A DNA stretch of 64,000 nt from Thermoplasmatota archaeon (GTDB lineage Archaea > Thermoplasmatota > Thermoplasmata > UBA10834), in the NCBI GenBank assembly GCA_963818745.1, contig CAWFTI010000001.1, positions 236,452 through 300,451 on the forward strand, read 5' to 3'. This document shows positions 1 to 9,414 of this stretch, one piece after another. Each line of letters opens with the position of its first letter. Position 1 is the stretch's first letter. Made by a program: the position numbers and the translations under genes. Below the pieces are notes generated by a model. That model was given only the letters and a program-made list of their open reading frames with translations. It made no database searches and had not been told where the DNA came from.

Positions 1-404
1 GGGAGAAGGACCTCATGAACAAGCTCTTCCAGGAGATACGCAAGCCGGACGGCGGGCTGTCGATCTACGGCGAGGAGCAGGTCAGGAACGCGCTCCTGAT
101 AGGCGCGGTCGACACGCTCATACTCTCGGAGGACATTAGGAGGCTGAAGCTGGACCTCACCTGCCCCTCGTGCGGCAGCAAGAAGGAGACCATCGCAAAG
201 GACTCGACCGAGGATGTGAAGTGCGACAAGTGCGGCTCGGTCATGAGGACCGACACCATCCAAGACCTCGTCGGAGAGATGCACAAGCTCGCAGACGACA
301 ACAACACGAAGGTCGAGTTCATATCCGGCGAGTCCGAGGAGGGGGGGCTCCTCACGAAGGCCTTCGGGGGCCTCGCGGGGATACTCAGGTTCAGGGTGAA
401 CTGA
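1..404 (+). CDS. prf1: peptide chain release factor aRF1, C-terminal part (5' end outside window)
   Basis: Frame stays open to position 1 (..EKDLMNKLFQEI..). eRF1 domain-3-like YGEEQVRNALLIGAVDTLILSED and tail GGLAGILRFRV, with a CPSCG..CDKCG zinc-ribbon mini-domain. Pelota (same fold) is not fully excluded. Confidence 0.7.
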   Translation, partial: EKDLMNKLFQEIRKPDGGLSIYGEEQVRNALLIGAVDTLILSEDIRRLKLDLTCPSCGSKKETIAKDSTEDVKCDKCGSVMRTDTIQDLVGEMHKLADDNNTKVEFISGESEEGGLLTKAFGGLAGILRFRVN

Positions 405-408
405 TCAC

Positions 409-2127
409 ATGACCGAGGACATGTTCGGCAAGTTCAGAACCGAGGTGGCGCATGCGCTCACGCTCGCGCTGAAGGAGCTGCACGCAGAGGCGCCCATCGT
501 CCTCGACAGGGCGCCCGAGGGCATGGGGGATCTGGCGTTCCCGTGCTTCCCGCTCTCGAAGAAGCTCAGGAAGGCCCCGGACGCCATCGCGAAGGACCTC
601 GCGTCCGCGATCAAGCCGTCCGGGATGATCGAGAAGGTCGAGACGAAGGGCGGATATGTCAACTTCCATGTCAAGTTCGAGCAGCTGGCTCAAGGAGCGA
701 TCGAAGAGGCTCTGGCCAAGAAGCAGAGGTTCGGGACCGGCGGTCCGAAGCCCGGCAGGATACTCCTCGAGCACACGAGCGCCAACCCGACGGGTCCCTT
801 GCATGTAGGCCGCGCGAGGAACCCGATCATCGGTGACACGGTCGCGCGCATACTGAGGCTCGCGGGGCACGATGTCACCACCGAGTTCTATGTCAACGAT
901 GTCGGCCGCCAGGTCGTGATGATGGCCTGGGGCGTGAAGCATCTCAAGCTGGAGGCCGAGCCCGAAAGGGACGCGGACCACTACAGATACGTGCTCTTCT
1001 ACCAGCAGGCGCACAAGAGGAGCGAAGAGGACCCCGAGGCGCTCAAGGAGATCGACTCGATGCTCCTGAAGCTGGAGCACGGGGACCCGGAGACGGTCGC
1101 GCTGGCCAGGGAGAGCTGCGAGAAGGTCCTGGCGGCCATCACGGCGAGCCTCGAGAGGATCAACATCAGGTTCGACGGGCGCACGTTCGAGTCCAAGTTC
1201 GTCCAGGACGGCAGCGTGGACAAGGTCATCGAGAAGCTGAAGAGGTCGGAGCACTGCCACGAGATCGACGGCGCGTACCACCTGGAGCTAGAGAGCTTCG
1301 GGATATCCGGCAGGGAGACCAAGTGGGTCTTCACGCGCGCGGACGGCACCTCGCTCTACACCACGAGGGACCTCGCGTATCACACGGACAAGTTCAGCAG
1401 GACGGACATCGCGATCAATGTGCTCGGCGAGGACCAGAAGCTGGGCATGCAGGAGCTCGCGGCGGCGCTCTCGATCATGGGTGTCGAGAAGAAGCCGGAG
1501 ATCGTGTACTATGCGTTCGTCTCGCTGCCCGAGGGCAGGATGTCCACCAGGAAGGGCATGGTCGTGTACCTGGACGATCTCATCGACGAGGCTGTCGAGA
1601 GGGCGTACGAGGAGGTCAAGGCCCGCAGGACGGACCTGACCGAGGAGCGCATGAGGGAGATCGCGAGGGTGGTCGGCCTCGGCTCCCTCAGGTACAACAT
1701 CATCAGGATACAGGCCGAGAAGCAGATAGTGTTCAAGTGGGAGGACGCGCTCAACTTCGAGGGGAGCAGCGCCCCGTTCGTACAGTACGCGCACGCGCGT
1801 GCGTGCTCCATACTCGCCAAGGCGGGGGCGCGCGCGGGGAGGTTCGACTCCAAGCACCTGGTCAACGACCACGAGCGCGCGCTCGCGAAGCTCATCGCGA
1901 GCTTCCCGTCGGTCCTCGCGGACTGCGCGGAGAACAGGCGCGCGCACACGCTGGCGGCGTTCGCGCAGGACCTCGCGGCCCAGTTCAACCAGTTCTACAG
2001 GTACGTGCCAGTGATAAGATCGGAGGGCGACGCCAGGGAGTCCCGCCTGGCCCTGGTCGAGGCGAGCATGTGGACGCTCAGGAACGCCCTCGACTGCCTC
2101 GGGATCGAGGCACCCGAGGAGATGTAA
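409..2127 (+). CDS. argS: arginine--tRNA ligase
   Basis: 572-aa ORF. HIGH-type SANPTGPLHVGRARN, MSTRKG (KMSK-type) loop, and an ArgRS-type anticodon-binding C-terminus ending in M. Confidence 0.95.
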   Translation: MTEDMFGKFRTEVAHALTLALKELHAEAPIVLDRAPEGMGDLAFPCFPLSKKLRKAPDAIAKDLASAIKPSGMIEKVETKGGYVNFHVKFEQLAQGAIEEALAKKQRFGTGGPKPGRILLEHTSANPTGPLHVGRARNPIIGDTVARILRLAGHDVTTEFYVNDVGRQVVMMAWGVKHLKLEAEPERDADHYRYVLFYQQAHKRSEEDPEALKEIDSMLLKLEHGDPETVALARESCEKVLAAITASLERINIRFDGRTFESKFVQDGSVDKVIEKLKRSEHCHEIDGAYHLELESFGISGRETKWVFTRADGTSLYTTRDLAYHTDKFSRTDIAINVLGEDQKLGMQELAAALSIMGVEKKPEIVYYAFVSLPEGRMSTRKGMVVYLDDLIDEAVERAYEEVKARRTDLTEERMREIARVVGLGSLRYNIIRIQAEKQIVFKWEDALNFEGSSAPFVQYAHARACSILAKAGARAGRFDSKHLVNDHERALAKLIASFPSVLADCAENRRAHTLAAFAQDLAAQFNQFYRYVPVIRSEGDARESRLALVEASMWTLRNALDCLGIEAPEEM

Positions 2128-2883
2128 TCAGGACCTCATGTTCCACTCGCGCTTCCCGTAGCGCTCGGACACCAATCGGGCGACCGTCTCCAGCTCCTTC
2201 GGCGTGAGCGCACCCTTCTCGAACCCCACATCGAACGTCCTGGCGAGCTCCCCGGCGAGCCTGTCCTTCACGGAGCCGATGTCCACGCTCTGCCCCTTGA
2301 GACCGGACAGGGTCGCGACGCGCTCCGACGGGCGCTTGCCCGGGGCCTTGCCCGACCTCGCGGGCCTCAGGAGCGCGTCCATCGCCCCGAGGTCCGTGTC
2401 CACTATCACGGTCCCGTGTTGGAGCACGGAGCCCTTCCTCCTGAGCTGGGCGCTCCCCGAGACCTTCTTCCCGCCGACCTCGACGTCGTTGACCGGCCTG
2501 TGCACGGCCTCCAGCCCGAACGAGCCTATGGCGCTCGCGATCGCCCCGCAGACCCTGCTGAACGATTCATCCCGTGGGCCCGGGATGTCGGACTCGCGCA
2601 CGACCAGGCCGTATATGAGCTGCCCCTGGTCGGTGTATATCGAGCTCCCGCCCGACATCCTCCTCACGATGCTGACGCCCCGTTTCCTGCACTCGTCGAG
2701 GTCGAGCGTCTCAGCGACCTTCTGGAAGTAGCCCACGGACACCGTGGGCACGGACCGCCGGTAGAAGTGGAGCGTGTTCGGGGATGCGCCCGCTATGTGC
2801 GATTCGAGCATGGCCTCGTCCAGGGCCGCGGAGACCGCGGGGGGTACGAGGTCGCTGTCTATCAGCCGCCATGTGCGTTGCAT
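2128..2883 (-). CDS. lplA: lipoate--protein ligase A, catalytic subunit (short, bipartite type)
   Basis: 251-aa ORF with a BPL/LplA/LipB catalytic domain (FYRRSVPTVSVGYFQ, RRMSGGSSIYTD, GKKVSGSAQ). It lacks the C-terminal accessory domain, as in Thermoplasma-type LplA. Confidence 0.85.
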   Translation of the reverse strand: MQRTWRLIDSDLVPPAVSAALDEAMLESHIAGASPNTLHFYRRSVPTVSVGYFQKVAETLDLDECRKRGVSIVRRMSGGSSIYTDQGQLIYGLVVRESDIPGPRDESFSRVCGAIASAIGSFGLEAVHRPVNDVEVGGKKVSGSAQLRRKGSVLQHGTVIVDTDLGAMDALLRPARSGKAPGKRPSERVATLSGLKGQSVDIGSVKDRLAGELARTFDVGFEKGALTPKELETVARLVSERYGKREWNMRS

Positions 2884-2950
2884 GTATGCTCAGCGTATGG
2901 AGAATGAAAAGGAGATTAAGAGGTTTGTCGGTGTTTTCGAAGTCTCGGGG

Positions 2951-5945
2951 CTACAGTTTCTCTTCGCTGCCGCCCTTCCTCTTCTCTTCCTTCTCGCGCC
3001 TCGGGCCCTTCTTCTCGCGCTTCGACCACCTGCCGCGCAGGTAGAACAGCAGCGGGACCAGGACGATCACGGCCACGACGCCGCCCCACAGGGCGATCTT
3101 CTTCCAGCCGGCCTCGTTGACATCGACCACATCGGTCGAGTCGTCCTCTTCCAGCTGGTTCGTGCTCGTCACGTTCACCCTGATGCTGTACGAGCCCTTC
3201 GCGTCCGGGGTCCACGGGAACTTGGCCTGCACGGTGCCGCCGATCTCGATCGTCGTCACGGAGGTCGTCCCGTTCAGGAGCTGGGTCCATGTGCCTATGA
3301 GCTCCTCGGTGCCGTCGGGGTGCTCGATGTAGAACGTCAGGGTCACGCCCGTCGCCGCCGCGCTGCCGCGGTTGGTCAGGTTGACCACGATGTACCCGGC
3401 CTGGCCCTCCTCGAAGGTCTCAGGGTCGAACGTTATCGCATCTATGCGCACGTCCGGCCTCGGTCCGGAGGCCACCGTGATCCGCTTCGTGTAGGACTTG
3501 TAGTTGTCCGACAGGTCCGTCACGTTGACCTTGACCGCGAAGTTGCCCGTCTTCTCGTAGGTGTGCGTCACGTTGTATAGGCCCGTGCCGTTCAGCCAGG
3601 AGTCGTCGCCCAGGTCGTCGCCGAAGTACCACGAGAACGTCATGTTCGCGTTGTCGTCGACATTGTCGACAGTGGCGTTCGCGTCGAAGTACAGCAGCTC
3701 CTTCTCGACCAGGCTCGAGCCCCAGGTCTCGTTCTTCACGGTGAAGGTCGCGGTCGGGCCCGTCGTGTCGTTCACCCTGACGGTCATGGTGGTGTTCTTC
3801 CAGTGGCCCACGACATCCGTCACGTTCAGGGTGAGATTGTATGTGCCCGCATCGGCGTATGAGAAGCTGATGTTCTGCTCGTCCTCGGTCCAGTAGACCC
3901 TGCCCGAGGAGTTGCCCTCGCCGTACGAGAACTCGATGAAGTCTATCATGCCCAGGCCGTCGCCGACCGCTACAGCGTCATCCTCGGACGATGTGGCGTT
4001 GAGGGTGATCAGCTCGCTCTCGTTCACCTCGAGGACATTGCTCTCGTTGACGTACCCTTCCTTGACGGTTATCACGGGCACCGGGTCCCTCGCGTCGCAG
4101 ACGACCTCTATCTCGGTCCAGTTGACCAGGCCGGAGACATCCACAACAGTCAGGTTGACCATCTTCGATGCGTCAGCGAGCAGGTAGGTGTGGTTCGCGA
4201 GCACTTCCTCGGTCGTGAACAGCGAGGTCTCATCGTCGAAGTCCCACTCGTATGTGAGCGGGTTGCCGTTCGGGTCGAAGGAGTCCTCGGCCGTGAAGTT
4301 GACCAATTCGCCGACCTTGACGAAGTACTTCGTCACGTTGACCCCGTCCTCCATGTACGCGTACACGTACTCGGACGAGTCCACCATGCCGGCTCCTGCG
4401 CTCGGCCTCTCGCCTTCCTCGAAGGTCATCGCGACCGCCACGGGCCCTCCGACGTATTCCGCCGGGTCAAGGCTGACCGTGAGGTATCCCGAGACGAACA
4501 CATGCGTGTTCGACGAGATGCTGTCGTTCCAGACCAGCTCGTGGCCGGTCGGGAGAGCGACAGAGTATGTGTGGTTCACCGACGGCGTGTCGTACCACGA
4601 GTACGCCGACAGCGGCGTAGTCCTTCGCGCCCACATCCAGCGTAGTGGCCGGTGTGTATGCGCACGAGTAGGAGTATGCGAAGCCGTCCGTGAGTTCGAC
4701 CGAACCCTCGACAGTCGCGAGCGAGAAGTCCAAGAGCGTCTCGGACGACTCGTAGACCGTCTCGTTGACCGTCAGGAGGCGGGATGTGGTCACGTACTGC
4801 GACCCGTAGTCCAGGACCATGATCTCGAAGTCCGAGGCCTCGAGCGCGTCGACCGCGCCGTCGACCGTCTCCGAGTTCATGTCGATCTGCATCCTCAGGC
4901 TGCCGACATCGCCGTACATCAGGCCCGCGAAGGAGTCGTCATAGGACCATTCGGTCGAGACGTCCATCGTCATCGAGTTGAAGTCGGAGCCGTATGTCAG
5001 CGCGACGTTCTCCAGCCTCTGGGTCTGGTTCTCCAGGACAAGGTCGTTCAGGATGTATGTGGTCCCGGTCGGGATGGAGACGGTGGTGATGTTGGACGCG
5101 AGGCCTGCGGCGTCGACGCACAGGACGAAGTCGTATGCGTCATCGACATACGCGTACAGCTCGTACGAGCTCCCGCCCATGTCGCTCTTCATGACCCTCT
5201 TGATGAACGGGAGGTCCGGGTTGAGGCTCACCAGGTACGCCACGGAGTCGTCCGCGAGCGTGCCCTCGGAGTCCCTCACGAGGCCCCTGACCAGCTTCGC
5301 CTTGTTCAGCTCGATGGTCATGGTGTCGTCCGCGGAGACGGTGACCCCCTGTGTGTAGGTCTCGTAGGTCGCCTTCTCGACGAACATGTGTATGTCCAAC
5401 CCGAGCGCGCCGACCGCGTACATGTCGACCAGGGCGTATCCGAGGCTGTTCGTCGTGGCCTCAGAGACCACTTCGCGCCTCGAGTCGTCGTAGAAGCCCA
5501 CGCGGGCCCCGGAGACTACCTGGCCCAGGTTGTTCTCGACGGTCACGTTCCACGTGTAGTCCTTGATCGGCAAGGGCTCGAGGATGCACGACCGTGACAC
5601 GTAGGGCGTCAGGTCGTCGTACCTAATCCCGCCCGAGATGGCGTTCAAATCGTCATAGTAGTCCGCAGCTGTCACATCGACCCTGTAGTATCCTGACGGA
5701 GCGTCAGCAACAACGTAGAGACCGGATGAATAGACGGCATCGAATACCTCCCCGGTGTGCACGTTGGTCAGGGCGACAGTGGCCGAGTCAACAGTGTATG
5801 CGTCGGTGTCAAGCACCTGTATGCTCAAGTCGGGCTGCGTCGCCGCACGGCTAGTGTTCGCCATGGGCAGTGCAGCCAGCGCGGACAGCGCCATGACCAG
5901 TACAAAAACGCTGGCGTATAGCTTGCTCAATGAGTCTCTATTCAT
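2951..5945 (-). CDS. large secreted PKD-repeat surface protein with C-terminal membrane anchor (one +1 frame break near 4.62 kb)
   Basis: ORF 4467..5945 carries a signal peptide (MNRDSLSKLYASVFVLVMALSALAALPMA). ORF 2951..4636 carries PKD-like repeats (LTYEWDFDD, MTFSWYFGDD), the TM helix WGGVVAVIVLVPLLFYL and a Lys/Glu tail. Continuity ..TLDVGAKDY|TPLSAYSWYD.. suggests one ~1000-aa protein. Confidence 0.7.
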
Positions 5946-6020
5946 TCGATTTCCCCTCCCTCTCCTAGGAGCGCTAACCCAACTCCAATGTGAGAAAGGT
6001 ACTCCGCCGAATAGATTGCC

Positions 6021-6031
6021 CCTTTATAAGC
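6021..6031 (-). promoter_or_regulatory. candidate TATA box for the surface-protein gene
   Basis: The minus strand reads GCTTATAAAGG about 80 nt upstream of ATG 5945. The purine-rich SD GGAGAGGGAGGGG sits just before the start. Confidence 0.3.
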
Positions 6032-6095
6032 TTTAGGTACGAGCGCGGGCGCCACGGAGGGGCCTGCCGGATATGCTGGATGTACGGAACAGGCC

Positions 6096-7253
6096 TCAGG
6101 TGACTATCTTGCGCACCTGCCGGGTCTCTATGGCCCTCCGGACCTCCACCGCCAGCCTCCTGCCGGTGCTCATGTTCGTCCGCCAGGTGGTGTTCCCGTA
6201 CGGGTGCCCGACCCACATGTGCACGTTGGTCCCCCCGCCGACCCTCGGCGCGACATCGTATATGTGGAACTTCAGGTCCTTGTCGACGCATGTCTGCAGG
6301 CAGAACGGCCCTATGATCCCGGGGGCGTAGTGCTCCTGGGTCGCCTTGACGTACTTCTCCGCGAGGTCGAACGCCCCCTCCAGGAGCGACTCGCGCATGG
6401 TCGCCGAGTTGTGCCCGCACACGGTGTACTCCGGGGTGGCCTGCGCGCCCTGCAGGGTCATCTGCTGGGGCGCCGGGAGCCTCACGTGCCCGTCCAGGGA
6501 TGTCTCGAACCTCCAGTCGACCCCTATCAGCTCTATCCGCTCCATCTTCGTCTCCAGGGGGGAGTAGAAGAAGTCGAGGTTGAACACCGGACCGATGATG
6601 TACTCCTCTATCCTCGCGTTCTTGAGGTCCTCCTCGGTGATGACGTTGTTGTAGATGAGCGACCGAGATTTCTCCCGGTACTCCTGGAACGATGCGGCGG
6701 TGAAGAACCCCCTCTCGAGCTTCTTGACCTTGTGGTGTAGCTTGACGATGACCAGCCTGTCGATGTCCTTGGGGTCCGAGATCTTCTTGGGGAAGGGCAG
6801 CCCGGCCTTCTCGAGTATCCAGTAGTAGTCCCTGTCCTGGCCCCGCTCCTCGCTCCTGAGCAGGCTCCTGGTGCCCACGAGCGGCACGGCGAAGTCGTCC
6901 TCGATCGCCTTGATGTCCACGTATGATGTGAATGACCTGTTGGGCACGAAGAGCACGTTCTCCGTCCTGAGGCGCTCCTGGAACTTCGGCTCCATCATCT
7001 CCTTGAACTTCTTCAGGGTCCAGCACTCGTCGACGACGCCCCTGACGACCTTGCCTTGGTCGTCCCTCTGGCATCTGAAGTACTTCGAATAGGTCTTGTC
7101 CCTCCCATCCTGGCATATGCCCAGGGTCCTGAAGCCCTCCTCGACTGCGCCGTCGCACACGTCGAGCGCGGAGTGAGATGCGACCATGCCGATCTTGGCC
7201 TTCTCGAGATCGTACCCTTCGGCTATGCCTATGATCCTGTCCCTGTCGATCAT
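6096..7253 (-). CDS. purP: 5-formaminoimidazole-4-carboxamide ribonucleotide (FAICAR) synthetase PurP
   Basis: 385-aa ATP-grasp ORF with a PurP-typical N-terminus (IGMVASHSALDVCDGAVEEGFRT) and C-terminus (PRVGGGTNVHMWVGHPYGN). This is an archaea-specific purine step. Confidence 0.85.
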   Translation of the reverse strand: MIDRDRIIGIAEGYDLEKAKIGMVASHSALDVCDGAVEEGFRTLGICQDGRDKTYSKYFRCQRDDQGKVVRGVVDECWTLKKFKEMMEPKFQERLRTENVLFVPNRSFTSYVDIKAIEDDFAVPLVGTRSLLRSEERGQDRDYYWILEKAGLPFPKKISDPKDIDRLVIVKLHHKVKKLERGFFTAASFQEYREKSRSLIYNNVITEEDLKNARIEEYIIGPVFNLDFFYSPLETKMERIELIGVDWRFETSLDGHVRLPAPQQMTLQGAQATPEYTVCGHNSATMRESLLEGAFDLAEKYVKATQEHYAPGIIGPFCLQTCVDKDLKFHIYDVAPRVGGGTNVHMWVGHPYGNTTWRTNMSTGRRLAVEVRRAIETRQVRKIVT

Positions 7254-7323
7254 CCGAAAACCTTCCCTCTAATCAAGCCAGTTCCGGTGCTTTTCCGGAG
7301 CATCGGGTTCTTGATTGATATAT

Positions 7324-8421
7324 CTACCTGACATGTGAGCCATCCTTACTCGGAGGCGTCAGCACCATCTCGTCCAAGCGTATCGCGAGCTGCGAGTAGG
7401 TGGTCTTGAACCCGAACTTCTCGTACATCGTCTTGGCCCTCGGGTAGCTAGTGTGCAGGTATGCGGACGGGACCCTGCCCGCCATCGCCGTCAGGGCGCA
7501 CCTCATGAGCTCGGACCCGAGACCTTCGCCCTGCCTCGCGGGCGTCACATAGATGTCGTAGATGAGCCCCGCGCCCCCCTCGAGCCTCACGATCACGAAC
7601 CCTCCGTCGATGAGGTGTATCGAGAACGACCTGTCCGAGGCGAACCTGCCGAGCCTGAGCCTGGTCTGCAGCGGGGATTCGTCGTAGTACTCCGACAGGA
7701 GCTTGATCGCGTCCTTCTTGTTCTCGCGGGACAGGGGCTTCGCCGAATGCTCGTACGCGACGGGCCTGTCGTTGACCATCCGGAACATGGTGATGGGGTC
7801 GTACTTGCGCACGAACCGCCCGAGGTCCATGGAGAACACGGCCCAGCTCTTCCTCGCGAGCGCCAGGAACCGCACGAGGCAGTCGGCCGCCTCGAACATC
7901 TCCTCGGCGTTCGCCGCGACCAGCATGCCCTGCCTGCGCTCGGGCTCGGACACGATCCTCGCGGTTTCGTTCTGGTCCGTGTAGAAGGCCCAGGCCTTCC
8001 TGGGGCCGATGTCCATGCAAATGCCGACCATGTGGTCCGTGCCGGTGACGTCTGGCCTCGACCCTCTCTCGTCGAGCAGGTCGTCGTCCATCGGGATGTC
8101 GTATGTGGAGACGATGTTGCACGTGCGGTGGGTGACCGGCTCCACCGCCCTCGACACGTCCCAGCCCTCCCTGGACAGGGTCCGCCTGAGCAGGTTCTTC
8201 CGGTTGTCCTTCACGAGGATCCTGGAGTACCCGGCGGACGCGAGCTCCCTGCTGAGGCGTGCGGAGTGCTCGCCCGCCAGCTTCAGGTTCCTGGGGGACT
8301 CGTTCAGGAACGCCCGCGCCACCCCTTCCCTGAGGGGCATGAGCTCCAGGGATACCGCTCCCCCGGGGGTCTTGACGAGCAAGACCCCTTCCTCGGCTGC
8401 GACCGCGGACCCTTCGTTCAC
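7324..8421 (-). CDS. GNAT-family N-acetyltransferase with uncharacterised N-terminal domain
   Basis: C-terminal GNAT core IYDIYVTPARQGEGLGSELMRCAL..YEKFGF. Start set to GTG 8421 to avoid overlapping the upstream gene; the ORF is formally open to 8481. Confidence 0.7.
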   Translation of the reverse strand: MNEGSAVAAEEGVLLVKTPGGAVSLELMPLREGVARAFLNESPRNLKLAGEHSARLSRELASAGYSRILVKDNRKNLLRRTLSREGWDVSRAVEPVTHRTCNIVSTYDIPMDDDLLDERGSRPDVTGTDHMVGICMDIGPRKAWAFYTDQNETARIVSEPERRQGMLVAANAEEMFEAADCLVRFLALARKSWAVFSMDLGRFVRKYDPITMFRMVNDRPVAYEHSAKPLSRENKKDAIKLLSEYYDESPLQTRLRLGRFASDRSFSIHLIDGGFVIVRLEGGAGLIYDIYVTPARQGEGLGSELMRCALTAMAGRVPSAYLHTSYPRAKTMYEKFGFKTTYSQLAIRLDEMVLTPPSKDGSHVR

Positions 8422-8441
8422 GCGCTGACCATCCGCTCGCC

Positions 8442-9161
8442 TCAGAAGAAGTAGAAGCCGACGCCGAAGTCCTTGGCGCACCTGCTCATGGCCTCGAGCC
8501 TGTTCAGGGTGCCCTCGATCCTCCGCACTATCATCTTGCCTTCCGCGGGGGACTTCTCACGTATGACCTTGATCTCCTTGAGGAGCTCGTCGGCGTCCTT
8601 GGAAGTGAACATCTTCTTCTGCTCCGCGGCCTCGTTGACCTTGGCCAGGAGCGACAGGCCGTACTTCTTCGACAGCTCGGGGACCGGCGAACCCGCAGGT
8701 CCGAAGTTGCCCACGCAGCCCTTCTTGTTGTCCCAGGACAGACCGCACTTCGCGCACGTGGCGTACATGTCTTCGAACTCCACGAGGTCCCAATCAGTCA
8801 CAGAGTCCTCCTTCTTCGCGGCTGCGAGCACCGCGGCCTTCTTGTCCGACGGAACCCTGTCCATCGCGACCCACCCGGTCTTGATCTCCCTCACGAACGG
8901 CGCGAGCGTCTTCTGGTCCGCCGGGTCCTTGATCTTCTCGAGCGAGAGCTCTTCGACCTCGACTGCCCTCAGCCTCGAGCGCTTGAATATCTCGTCCATC
9001 TTGACCTGGCCGAGCTTCTCGGCGGCCTTCTTCAGCTCGACCTTCTTGTCGACCTCGACGTACGGTTCCCACTGGCCCGCGCTCGGCAGGTGTACCCTTG
9101 CGACCGTCATCTTCTTCGTCTTGCACAGAGCCTTGTCGGACTCCAGCTCGGTTATTGCCAT
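8442..9161 (-). CDS. hypothetical Lys/Glu-rich protein
   Basis: ORF 8442..9278 trimmed to ATG 9161 (MAITELESDK). It has coding-like composition and one CAKCG..GC cysteine cluster. No family recognised. Confidence 0.5.
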   Translation of the reverse strand: MAITELESDKALCKTKKMTVARVHLPSAGQWEPYVEVDKKVELKKAAEKLGQVKMDEIFKRSRLRAVEVEELSLEKIKDPADQKTLAPFVREIKTGWVAMDRVPSDKKAAVLAAAKKEDSVTDWDLVEFEDMYATCAKCGLSWDNKKGCVGNFGPAGSPVPELSKKYGLSLLAKVNEAAEQKKMFTSKDADELLKEIKVIREKSPAEGKMIVRRIEGTLNRLEAMSRCAKDFGVGFYFF

Positions 9162-9414
9162 GTTCAAGCCCAAATGCTCACCTTCTGACAGGACATGGGA
9201 GAAAGGAGCGGGGAATAATAGTTTTCGGATAGGTGTACGTGCGCGCGTAGGACTGTGAGTGGACGTATACACCAACACGTTAGGACTCTCTCCACGACAA
9301 GGACGCAGTGTTAATCTAGTCCTCCCATATTTCAGACAGGCTAGTGATTACGGGCGCGCACGTGCCCGCACATGCGCATACTGTACAGGAGGGACGAAGT
9401 TGAGCAGAGCGAGC

